Virus record (IMG/VR): IMGVR_UViG_3300029226_000089
Location: 1 to 38,018 of that record
Strand: one strand, 5' to 3'
Origin: a virus
Taxonomy: Duplodnaviria; Caudoviricetes
Length of the DNA: 38,018 bases
A program made the position numbers and the translations under genes. Shown piece by piece: positions 9,441 through 17,533 of the stretch (positions within the stretch are counted from its first letter, which is position 1; each line of letters begins with the position of its first letter). The notes below the pieces were generated by a model. It did not search any database and had not been told where the DNA came from. It saw nothing but the letters and a program-made list of their open reading frames with translations.

Positions 9441-10634
9441 TTATTTTTGAAATATTTCTTTTTTTATTTTTTTTAACTTTTCAAGGTCATTCGGTAGGAT
9501 TTGATATTTCGAGTATTTTTCTTTAATTGTGATTTCATGTGTTTTGTTTTCAAATATTTTAGATAAAATAAAACCGCTAATAAAAGTTAGAAAAAAACCA
9601 CCAATTAATCCACTAATCCAAAAATCAGAGTCTTCAATACTCCAAGGGATTACAATTATTCCTATAACAATGTAATACCATCTATTTATTTGCTCTTTTT
9701 TTTCCAATATTGGCTTCATTTCACCTTCTATTAATAATTGAATTTTATTAGAAATTTCTTCTTTGACTCTATTACATTCAGTATCATAAAATTTTTCTTC
9801 TTCAATTTTTCTTAATTGTTTTTTATAAATAGATTCTGCTAGATTTAATTCATGTTGTTTTTGGATATTTGCAATTTCAGCAGCCTGTTTAGGTGATTCT
9901 CCATGATTATGGATAAACCGGCTAATTTGTTCAGCAACTTGTTCGAGGGTTTGTCCTTTAAAATTAAATTGCTCGCTATATGGAAGGCGATATTGTGCGA
10001 AGTGTTGAAAAATCCGTTGTTCTAACCAATACCCATCTTCAACTTTCCATTGGTGGCCTACAAGCCATTTCCCAACGACACCAGTTCCTTGACTGATTTC
10101 ATCGGCTCTTATTTGTGGAGTTCTAGTTGTCCAACCAATCTTATAGATATGAGTATTATATTCTTTATATAAAATTTCATTATAAAGTATATATACATAC
10201 TGATTCGCTATACTAGAATATGTAGTTTGATTTTTAATATTATTATTTTCAGAAAAAAAAGATTCTGAGATTCTTGTATCAATTATTTGAGTTATAGCCT
10301 TACCTATAGCTTCTTCACTAAAATCGCCAAAGGTTGATTTTCTGAGATTAATAGCCTTAATCTTGTAATAAAATAAATGCTCTCGAAGTATTGTATCGAT
10401 TAATCTATCAAATCCATTAATCAAACCTTCTTCGCTCATATCATCAAAAACTTTAATTGATAAGTTATTAAGTATATTGGGGTTCGCATATGGATTAAGT
10501 ATTTTATGGAAATCCTTATATTGTGCTGTATAATATTGCAATAAAGAAAATGTCTTTTGTGTGATTAATTTACACATGCTATTGGTAAAAGAACTATTAC
10601 TATACTTACCAAAAACATTTTTATTATTAGTCAT
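9441..10634 (-). CDS. GIY-YIG (T5orf172-like) domain protein with coiled coil and two C-terminal TM helices
   Basis: YVYIL...YKIGWT.R.P..R..E....TGV...LE..I......R....E.F; hydrophobic WYYIVIGIIVIPW and FWISGLIGGFFLTFISGFIL. Confidence 0.8.
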   Translation of the reverse strand: MTNNKNVFGKYSNSSFTNSMCKLITQKTFSLLQYYTAQYKDFHKILNPYANPNILNNLSIKVFDDMSEEGLINGFDRLIDTILREHLFYYKIKAINLRKSTFGDFSEEAIGKAITQIIDTRISESFFSENNNIKNQTTYSSIANQYVYILYNEILYKEYNTHIYKIGWTTRTPQIRADEISQGTGVVGKWLVGHQWKVEDGYWLEQRIFQHFAQYRLPYSEQFNFKGQTLEQVAEQISRFIHNHGESPKQAAEIANIQKQHELNLAESIYKKQLRKIEEEKFYDTECNRVKEEISNKIQLLIEGEMKPILEKKEQINRWYYIVIGIIVIPWSIEDSDFWISGLIGGFFLTFISGFILSKIFENKTHEITIKEKYSKYQILPNDLEKLKKIKKEIFQK

Positions 10635-10658
10635 ACAACTTTCCGCTTACAAATAATT

Positions 10659-11402
10659 TTAACTTCTTCTTACTCGTTTAGGTCTTGATGCACCTAGCGG
10701 CCTAAATGCATCAATAACTAAACCAACGAGTTCCATACCATCTTCGAATTCAATTATATTTGGTTGGAAATTTGGATTAAGTGCTTGTAAATATTTACGT
10801 TCGTCACTTTCTATAATTAATTTTTTAAAAGTTGCATCAGTGTTATTTCTAACAACAATCAAATCCTCAGAGAGAAGATCACTTACTTGGAATTTAGGGT
10901 TTACTAAAATGTAGTCCCCATCTATGTAAGTAGGAAAATTACTTATACCAACAACTTTAAGATAAAAACAACCATCAGGATCATCATGACTTAATGGCGG
11001 TAACCATTCATTAATTTCAGAGAGATTAATTGCTTCTACAGATGTCATTGCACCTGCTTGAACCCAAGATAGAACTGGTAATAATTTAGCAGTAACAGGA
11101 ACAATATTATTATCTAGAGCACGTAAATCTGGATTTGATGAACCATTTGTAAAATTACCAGAATTATTTTGTTGGTCTAACTTTATTTCACCGTTTCCAG
11201 TTGCTAACCATACAGGATTAACATTTAGATGTTTCGAAGCACGTAAAAGATTTTCACCTTCCATTGTTTTAGATTTACCTGAAAGCCAGTCACTCACAGA
11301 AGGTGGCTTAACACCAACAGCTCGCGCAAGCTCAACACCCTTAATTTTTTTGGGTGGTAAAACTTCCATAGCATATTTAAGTCTTTCAGCAAGTGTCTTC
11401 AT
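10659..11402 (-). CDS. cI: CI-like repressor (XRE HTH + S24 autopeptidase)
   Basis: ELARAVGVKPPSVSDW HTH, VQAG cleavage site, GIS serine and TFKKL lysine. Confidence 0.95.
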   Translation of the reverse strand: MKTLAERLKYAMEVLPPKKIKGVELARAVGVKPPSVSDWLSGKSKTMEGENLLRASKHLNVNPVWLATGNGEIKLDQQNNSGNFTNGSSNPDLRALDNNIVPVTAKLLPVLSWVQAGAMTSVEAINLSEINEWLPPLSHDDPDGCFYLKVVGISNFPTYIDGDYILVNPKFQVSDLLSEDLIVVRNNTDATFKKLIIESDERKYLQALNPNFQPNIIEFEDGMELVGLVIDAFRPLGASRPKRVRRS

Positions 11403-11419
11403 AAATAACTCTCATATCA

Positions 11420-11486
11420 TTAGGAAATCCTAACATGAATTAAATTAGGTGTGCCTATTGATTAATTATAAGGAATGCCTAATAAT
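11420..11486. promoter_or_regulatory. OR operators with PR (and presumably PRM)
   Basis: TTAGGAAATCCTAA 11420-11433, TTAGGTGTGCCTAT 11445-11458, TAAGGAATGCCTAA 11469-11482; TTGATT-17-AATAAT. Confidence 0.85.
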
Positions 11487-11508
11487 TGTTTTGTTATAGG
11501 AGAGCAAC

Positions 11509-11733
11509 ATGAATGACAACCAACTTATAGAAGCTTTAGGTGGATGTAATGCAGTTGCACGGCTATTAGGTATTACAGGACCTTCAGTTAGCGGCTGGAA
11601 AGCTATTCCTACTGATAGAAAAATTCGCCTAGCCGTGATAGCTGAGGATCGTGGTATCTGTACACGAAAAGACCTTTTCCCAAGGGATTATCAAGAAATT
11701 TGGATTGAGTTAAGAGAGACAGTTCAAAGTTAA
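11509..11733 (+). CDS. cro: Cro-like repressor
   Basis: LGG..AVARLLGI..PSVSGW HTH, divergent from cI; AGGAG RBS. Confidence 0.9.
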   Translation: MNDNQLIEALGGCNAVARLLGITGPSVSGWKAIPTDRKIRLAVIAEDRGICTRKDLFPRDYQEIWIELRETVQS

Positions 11734-11744
11734 GAGGAAAACTT

Positions 11745-12059
11745 ATGCATACAGAAATAATGATCGTATTCAGTCGCAAACTGTTGGCACCACTGTCAAC
11801 ACGCGTGCCACTAGAAGTACAAGAATTAATAGATTCGTTGGCTGAAAACCAAGGTAGTGATCGTGCGAAGTGGTTAAGAGATGCCATAGATAAAAAGATC
11901 GAAATAGAGACAGGTCAATCATCATCTGAGCATGTAGAAAAATCAAAGAATACAAAGTATTCCAGCGTATTCAGGAATGTATTCAACTTTTTCAAAGCAT
12001 TAAAAAAGCCCGATGGATCAGATCGAGCTTCAAGCATTCATCATCTATCAGGAAAATGA
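11745..12059 (+). CDS. Ribbon-helix-helix-like regulator in the cII position
   Basis: LSTRVP..V.E.ID.LA...G.DRA.WLRDAI pattern. Confidence 0.6.
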   Translation: MHTEIMIVFSRKLLAPLSTRVPLEVQELIDSLAENQGSDRAKWLRDAIDKKIEIETGQSSSEHVEKSKNTKYSSVFRNVFNFFKALKKPDGSDRASSIHHLSGK

Positions 12060-12259
12060 ACATGACTAATTTATCAGAACATACATGCGCAGGCAAATGC
12101 ACTGAATTTAAAGAAGAACAGTGTAAGCATTGTTTGATTGCTCAAGTGGAAAAGCGCGAGTTTGATTTAGGTGTGGCACCTGATGCTGTTTACGTGAAAG
12201 GCAATGACGTAGAGAAATACCATAAGCGAGCAATTGAATCAAAAGGTGAAGTGCCATGA
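12056..12259 (+). CDS. Small Cys-rich hypothetical phage protein
   Basis: CxxxC...CxxC; ATGA overlap with the upstream gene. Confidence 0.6.
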   Translation: MNMTNLSEHTCAGKCTEFKEEQCKHCLIAQVEKREFDLGVAPDAVYVKGNDVEKYHKRAIESKGEVP

Positions 12260-12327
12260 GTTTTGAGGTCATTTTTATTCACTTTACAAGGCATATCTTA
12301 TAACTCAATAAAAGGAGTTAGTTTTAC

Positions 12328-13299
12328 ATGAGCAGTTTCAACTTTGTTAAAGCTGTACGCCAAATCTCTATGCCATCAACGACTAAGTTGGTGGCAATAA
12401 CACTTGCTTCATATGCTAATTATGAAACTGGTGAGTGCTTTCCATCTGTTCAAACTCTCATGGAAGATACTGGGCTATCAAATCGGGTAGTTGGCTTACA
12501 CATTAAGCACATCGAAAAATTAGGAATATTGGTTGTAGATCGCTCAAATGGTCGTCGATCATCTTATCGTTTTGATGTGGAAAATCTTAAAAAAGTAATG
12601 ATGCATAGTCACAAACTAGCAAATGCAAGCAGTGACTTTAAGGATAAAACCAGTGACTCTGACGACATTAAAGCAGTGACTCTCATGCACCAACCAGTGA
12701 CTTTGGTGCAAAAAGCAGTGACGCAGAGTCACACTAACTACCAAGAACAACCAATAGAACTACCAAAAGAACGTAGTAGTAATACACACGAGGAAAAAAT
12801 TTCACCACCTCCAATTCATTTTGTTCAGTACCACAATTTTGATCTTGCCAAAATCTCAGTGATTGAACTTGGTCAAAAATATCCAACACTGAAATCGGAT
12901 TTTATCGAGTTGTCTAAACCAAGACATCCTGATCTTGAGCAACAGGATATTGAAAATTTGTTTGATGAATTTGGAGATTGGTTTGCTTCATCGAATGACT
13001 ACGGTAAGCAAATATCCAAATCTGCTCAAAAGTGGGCGGTATCTTGGCTAACATGGGTAAACAACAACAAACACAAAATAATTGCTCGTAGAGCGAAATT
13101 GACTGTGAGTGATCAATTAGGTTTAAAACCACAGGCAACAGCACAACCATCGGCATATCAAGCCAAACAGGAAAATGTAAATCGTTGGTTGCGTTACGGT
13201 CAAAAAGTTCGTGAAGAACAACATCAGGAATCATCAATGATCGATGTGGTACCTGAACCCCCAAAGAACTTTCTGATTGAGGAGGTGGGTCATGCGTGA
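12328..13299 (+). CDS. Phage replication initiator (N-terminal HTH, O-like)
   Basis: CFPS..TL..DTGLS.R.V...I..LE..G HTH; internal iterons. Confidence 0.85.
   Translation: MSSFNFVKAVRQISMPSTTKLVAITLASYANYETGECFPSVQTLMEDTGLSNRVVGLHIKHIEKLGILVVDRSNGRRSSYRFDVENLKKVMMHSHKLANASSDFKDKTSDSDDIKAVTLMHQPVTLVQKAVTQSHTNYQEQPIELPKERSSNTHEEKISPPPIHFVQYHNFDLAKISVIELGQKYPTLKSDFIELSKPRHPDLEQQDIENLFDEFGDWFASSNDYGKQISKSAQKWAVSWLTWVNNNKHKIIARRAKLTVSDQLGLKPQATAQPSAYQAKQENVNRWLRYGQKVREEQHQESSMIDVVPEPPKNFLIEEVGHA
12607..12732 (+). repeat. Replication-origin iterons
   Basis: CAGTGAC at 12630, 12651, 12674, 12695, 12716 (21-23 bp spacing) plus inverted AGTCAC at 12607 and 12727. Confidence 0.85.
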
Positions 13300-13870
13300 G
13301 TTCACCCTTGATGAAGCTCGTCGCTTAATTGACAAAATGCGTATTCGATACGGTAAGAAATTTACAGATCAATGGGCAGCAGTTGAAGAAGTTGATCTTG
13401 AACAAGCAATGATTGAGGATTTTTCAGGATTAACAGCACAGCAAATTGAAAATGGGTACAACCGAATGCTTCAAGAACCATGGCCTCCATGTATTCAAGA
13501 TTTTAAGATTTGGTGTTTACAAGGTTCACATTGGCTCACTGAAAATGAAGCATGGCAACAAGCATTGGCATACGAGAAATCGGGACAAACCATTTCCATC
13601 AGTAGACAGGTTTTAAAGACGCTTAAAGAATTTAAGAAAGGTTTTGATGAATTAAACCCACGTGCTGAATCACAGTCAAAAGCTTTTAAAGATATGTATG
13701 TACGAATTGTTTCAAATGCCAAATTGATGGGAGATGTTCAGACATTTACTGATCCAGTACACCAACTGGAAGAACAAAAAAATGAGGAACGAAAAATTAC
13801 ATCGTGCCCACCAGAATTATTGGCCCAAATGAAAAGTGTTATTAAAACACCAAAGGCAGGTAGAGCATGA
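13292..13870 (+). CDS. Probable helicase loader (P-like) replication protein
   Basis: Follows the initiator with overlap; YG.KF..QW and WPP....F..WC motifs; GGAGG RBS. Confidence 0.65.
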   Translation: MREFTLDEARRLIDKMRIRYGKKFTDQWAAVEEVDLEQAMIEDFSGLTAQQIENGYNRMLQEPWPPCIQDFKIWCLQGSHWLTENEAWQQALAYEKSGQTISISRQVLKTLKEFKKGFDELNPRAESQSKAFKDMYVRIVSNAKLMGDVQTFTDPVHQLEEQKNEERKITSCPPELLAQMKSVIKTPKAGRA

Positions 13871-14256
13871 ATTTGTCACCAACTCAAATTAAAAGACTTG
13901 TACACCAACGTGATAACAAGCCTAAACAGCCAAAGTATGGGAATCATAAAGTTGTAATCGATGGGGAAAAAGTGGCTGACTCTAAACACGAATTTCGTCG
14001 TTTAAATGATCTTATTGTCTTACAACGTGCTGGTGAGATTAAGGATTTACAGACACAGGTTCGCTATAAATTAATTCCCTCTCAAAAAATATGTGGTGTA
14101 AAAGTACGTGGTACTGATTATGTTGCGGATTTTGTTTACTGGACCAATGAGGGTCAGTTTGTTTGTGAAGATGCCAAAGGTCATAAAACTGCAGATTACA
14201 TTATCAAGCGTAAGCTGATGAAAATGATTCACGATATCGATGTTGTTGAAGTTTAA
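13867..14256 (+). CDS. DUF1064 family PD-(D/E)xK nuclease-like protein
   Basis: KYGN.K, DSK.E, Y.ADFVY, ED.KG motifs. Confidence 0.85.
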   Translation: MNLSPTQIKRLVHQRDNKPKQPKYGNHKVVIDGEKVADSKHEFRRLNDLIVLQRAGEIKDLQTQVRYKLIPSQKICGVKVRGTDYVADFVYWTNEGQFVCEDAKGHKTADYIIKRKLMKMIHDIDVVEV

Positions 14257-14270
14257 ACGATTTAAGGAGT

Positions 14271-14756
14271 ATGACAATGAAGTCTGATGATTTACGTTCA
14301 AATTCACAAATTATTTTAGAAGCTATTGAGGATTTACACTCTCAAGAACAGATCGTTACTCGTACAACACTTGCTGATCTTACTGGGCTGCAATTATCTA
14401 TTATTGATGATCGATTATCATATTTGGTAGATACAGGACAGATCATTAGAGTACAGCGCGGTGTATTTGTGCCAGCAATTAAGCATCGAACAGCGCGTCT
14501 AATGTCCAAGACTATTTTGCCGGACGGAACAGTTAGCATTGAGATAGGCAGCGTTAATACTGCTGTTTTAACTCTCACTCCAAGAGAAGCACGTAATTTG
14601 GGCAATTTATTAATCGGTGAAGCTATGCAATATAGCAACATTGAATTAGGACATCACATGGCAATTATACAAAGTGAAGTAGCTGGTCAAGTTCGTAAAT
14701 TATCAAAGCAAGTAGGTGATTTATTGGATAGTGGAAAGCAGGGTGAATTAATTTAA
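14271..14756 (+). CDS. Winged-helix protein, candidate late-gene regulator
   Basis: TR..LA.LTGL....IDDRL..LV..G.I.RV.RGVF winged HTH; last gene of the early right operon. Confidence 0.65.
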   Translation: MTMKSDDLRSNSQIILEAIEDLHSQEQIVTRTTLADLTGLQLSIIDDRLSYLVDTGQIIRVQRGVFVPAIKHRTARLMSKTILPDGTVSIEIGSVNTAVLTLTPREARNLGNLLIGEAMQYSNIELGHHMAIIQSEVAGQVRKLSKQVGDLLDSGKQGELI

Positions 14757-14801
14757 AGCATGATTTTTGTATTTAAATAATTAGATTTGAAATTCCTTTT
14801 G

Positions 14802-14853
14802 CCAATTGATAAAAAATAAACAAATGTTATCTTGTTTATTATTTATCAATTGG
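14802..14853. promoter_or_regulatory. 22-bp inverted repeat overlapping a sigma70-like promoter
   Basis: CCAATTGATAAAAAATAAACAA-8nt-TTGTTTATTATTTATCAATTGG (21/22); contains TTGATA and TGnTATCTT. Confidence 0.65.
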
Positions 14854-14862
14854 GGGATTTAG

Positions 14863-15453
14863 GTGAGATTATTTTTTGTATTGATAGTATTAATCTTTCC
14901 ATCTTGGGTGATGGCTGACTCAATACCTGAGTATGTGTCTTCTGAAGATAAGTTAGAGAAATTAGCTAAAGCCTTAATGAATGATAAGTATACAGCTTCA
15001 TCTTCTAATTTGGACTTAGATGAATCTGAGTCGGAATATGCTGCATATTATCCAATAGCAAGTAAGTATGTAAACACTGACCTTTTGAATGTTAGAAACA
15101 AACCGATTGATGGATTAGTAATTGATAAACTGAAAAGGGGAGAAAATGTTCTTATTTATGACAGGAAAGGTATTTGGGAAAGAATATCTGAACATAATCA
15201 ATCACAGAAATGGGTATCATCTCATTCACTATGTTCTGGTGTTAATTGTTACCTAAATAATAAAACTACTGTAGCACCTTTAAACCTTAGTAAAAAAACT
15301 AATAATAAATCAAATTCTATATCAAAAAGCTCGACTTCTCCAAGAAAATACTATAGTGATTTAGGTTGCCCATGTTCTGGAGTAAGCAATTGCATAGGTC
15401 CAAGAGGAGGCCGTTTTTGTTATACATCTGGTGGTAACAAAAGATATCGATAA
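14863..15453 (+). CDS. Exported SH3b-domain protein with Cys-rich GPRGG C-terminus (moron)
   Basis: Signal peptide; YVN...LNVR..P....VI.KL.RGE.V.......W SH3b; CPCS...C.GPRGG..C...GGNKRY. Confidence 0.75.
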   Translation: MRLFFVLIVLIFPSWVMADSIPEYVSSEDKLEKLAKALMNDKYTASSSNLDLDESESEYAAYYPIASKYVNTDLLNVRNKPIDGLVIDKLKRGENVLIYDRKGIWERISEHNQSQKWVSSHSLCSGVNCYLNNKTTVAPLNLSKKTNNKSNSISKSSTSPRKYYSDLGCPCSGVSNCIGPRGGRFCYTSGGNKRYR

Positions 15454-15516
15454 GTTAAATGTTTCTTGGTAGATATACATCGTCCATCAAAAATTAGACC
15501 TTTTACTTATAAATAT

Positions 15517-15570
15517 GATCATTAAGCAATTAAGAGGTTTGGTGATCATGGCTGAAAAAAAATAATTAAT
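15517..15570 (+). pseudogene. Degenerate duplicate of the terS 5' region
   Basis: GATCATTAAGC...GTGATCATGGCTGAAAAAAAA-TAATT matches 16748-16803; a 1-nt deletion gives MAEKK*. Confidence 0.75.
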
Positions 15571-15729
15571 TTCGATCTCTGCTCAATCAATTATTGAGCT
15601 AAATAACATTTCAAGCCAAGATGCTATACGACGATTATACAAACTGATTTGAGTGGGAAAATACCTAAAACTGTTGAAATGCTTTCTCCCAAGATAGAAC
15701 AAAATAAACAAGGTGTTTTGTTTTAATAA

Positions 15730-16665
15730 CTAGATATAAATTACTATAGTTTGTCTATCAAATTTAAGGTTTTTCATAAAAACAATTGTTAAGCAAAATT
15801 TAGTGAGATTCGAATCCTTATCTGATTCGAACTCACATAAATAACAATCATGAATGATAAATTTTTTTTCATTTATAAATTTATTTAATTCAAGAAGAAT
15901 TTTTTGATGAATTAATCTGCATAGATATTGATTTTGGAGAAAATGAAAAAGTGCAAATCTAGGAGCAATTTTCTCATCAATTGAAAATTGTGAATCTTCA
16001 GAAGGTTTGTAACGAGTAGAAACTTGACCACCTTTTGCAGCCATGTACATTGTGCCATCTTTCAGAGTTATAGGAAAATTGTCTCCATTTTCTTTTAATA
16101 GTTTAATTTCTTCAGTTGTAGTAACATCATGTGAAGTATTTTTGAGTAAATTAACTTTGAAACTTTCAATAAGTTCTGGTCTTTCATTATGAATAATTTC
16201 TAAAATATCAATACTATTCCAAGTAGATTTTCCATGTGGAAGAACATCAACAAAAAAAATCTCTTTCAAATTCACAATGGCAATTGCTATATGTTTAGTT
16301 CCTTGAATAAATCTCCCTTTCTTTCTTACACCTAAATGAAAATGATAACAGTTAAAATAATCCAACATACCATCTACGAAATTGGCATCAAAAAGCTTTC
16401 GACTTAAATAAGGATTTAAATTTTCACCATTTGTGATTGCAAGTTTTAATTTATCGAAGCCATTTTGATCTTGAGTTGGGACTTTAAAGCTATTGGCTAA
16501 AGTTACTTCTCGTTTTCTAATAGATATAGTTTTGCTTTCATGGTTCTTAAGTTGAAGATATGATGGTAAATCACTATCAAATTTCAGTTTCTTTTTTTTA
16601 AGCTCTCTAGTTGCCCATTCATTTACGGCTTCGTTAACTTTTATATAGGGGAAGTCTTTAATCAT
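15730..16665 (-). CDS. Hypothetical moron protein with D.ML....HFHL motif
   Basis: 311-aa AT-rich ORF antisense to the phage operons. Confidence 0.8.
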   Translation of the reverse strand: MIKDFPYIKVNEAVNEWATRELKKKKLKFDSDLPSYLQLKNHESKTISIRKREVTLANSFKVPTQDQNGFDKLKLAITNGENLNPYLSRKLFDANFVDGMLDYFNCYHFHLGVRKKGRFIQGTKHIAIAIVNLKEIFFVDVLPHGKSTWNSIDILEIIHNERPELIESFKVNLLKNTSHDVTTTEEIKLLKENGDNFPITLKDGTMYMAAKGGQVSTRYKPSEDSQFSIDEKIAPRFALFHFLQNQYLCRLIHQKILLELNKFINEKKFIIHDCYLCEFESDKDSNLTKFCLTIVFMKNLKFDRQTIVIYI

Positions 16666-16708
16666 TTTCAGTAATTTAAAAATAAATTAAATATAACATA
16701 TAAATAGT

Positions 16709-16753
16709 CCCCCCCTCTAAGGTTCGACAAATTATATTCAACACCCCGATCAT
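16709..16753 (+). promoter_or_regulatory. Putative late promoter 1
   Basis: C7-TCTAAGG-N8-ATTATAT upstream of terS; motif shared with 25229 and 29880. Confidence 0.55.
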
Positions 16754-16779
16754 TAAGCCATTGAAAGAGCATAGTGATC

Positions 16780-17445
16780 ATGGCTGAAAAAAAAGTAATT
16801 GATTGGGAAAAGATCGAACTTGAATATCGTGCAGGCGTAAAGTCACTTCGTGAAATCGCTTCCGAGCAAGGTGTATCAGATACAGCAATCAGAAAACGTG
16901 CAAAGCGTGATGATTGGGTTCGAGATTTATCAGCAAAAATCAAAGCAAAAGCAGATGACTTGGTTCGCAAGGAACAGGTTCGCGCTGAAGTTCGCACAGC
17001 AAACCACATTTCAGAAAAAGAGACCATTGAGGCAAATGCCAATTTAACTGCAGGTGTACGCTTAACTCAGCGTAAGGATATTCAGCGTTCTAGACGAATT
17101 GCCATGAGCCTTTTTGACGAATTAGAGCAAATGGTTGGTGAAGATCATGTTGATTTACTGATTAGACTTGGTGATTTGATGTGGTGTCCTGATGACAAAG
17201 GGAAAGATACATTAAACGACATATATCAAAAAGTAATTTCAATGCCCGGTCGTGTGAAGTCCATGAAGGATTTAAGCGACACACTCAAAACCTTGATTGC
17301 TTTAGAACGTCAAGCATTTGGACTTGATGATGAGAACAACAAACCAGTTGATGCATTAACTTCCTTACTTGAAAGAATTAGTACAGGAAACAGTTCTGCA
17401 TTTAAGCCAATTGCTGATGATCCAGAATATGGAGCATCTACGTGA
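16780..17445 (+). CDS. terS: Terminase small subunit
   Basis: IDW..IE.EYRAG..SLREIA...GVS.TAIRKRAK...W.RDL HTH, directly before TerL. Confidence 0.85.
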   Translation: MAEKKVIDWEKIELEYRAGVKSLREIASEQGVSDTAIRKRAKRDDWVRDLSAKIKAKADDLVRKEQVRAEVRTANHISEKETIEANANLTAGVRLTQRKDIQRSRRIAMSLFDELEQMVGEDHVDLLIRLGDLMWCPDDKGKDTLNDIYQKVISMPGRVKSMKDLSDTLKTLIALERQAFGLDDENNKPVDALTSLLERISTGNSSAFKPIADDPEYGAST

Positions 17446-17533
17446 ATAAAGCGACTAATCACCCACATCAATTTAATTTCATGCGCGTACACGCTTCAAA
17501 ATTGCACAAATATTGTTCAAAATGGAGTGAAAA

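Noticed and set aside
12256-12303. 15-codon ORF coupled by ATGA to the Cys-rich gene
   Set aside because: Too short to support; at most a deletion remnant.
16668-17042. 124-aa minus-strand ORF ending next to the 311-aa moron, as a possible antitoxin partner
   Set aside because: Mostly antisense to terS and runs through the promoter region; composition is typical of a shadow ORF.
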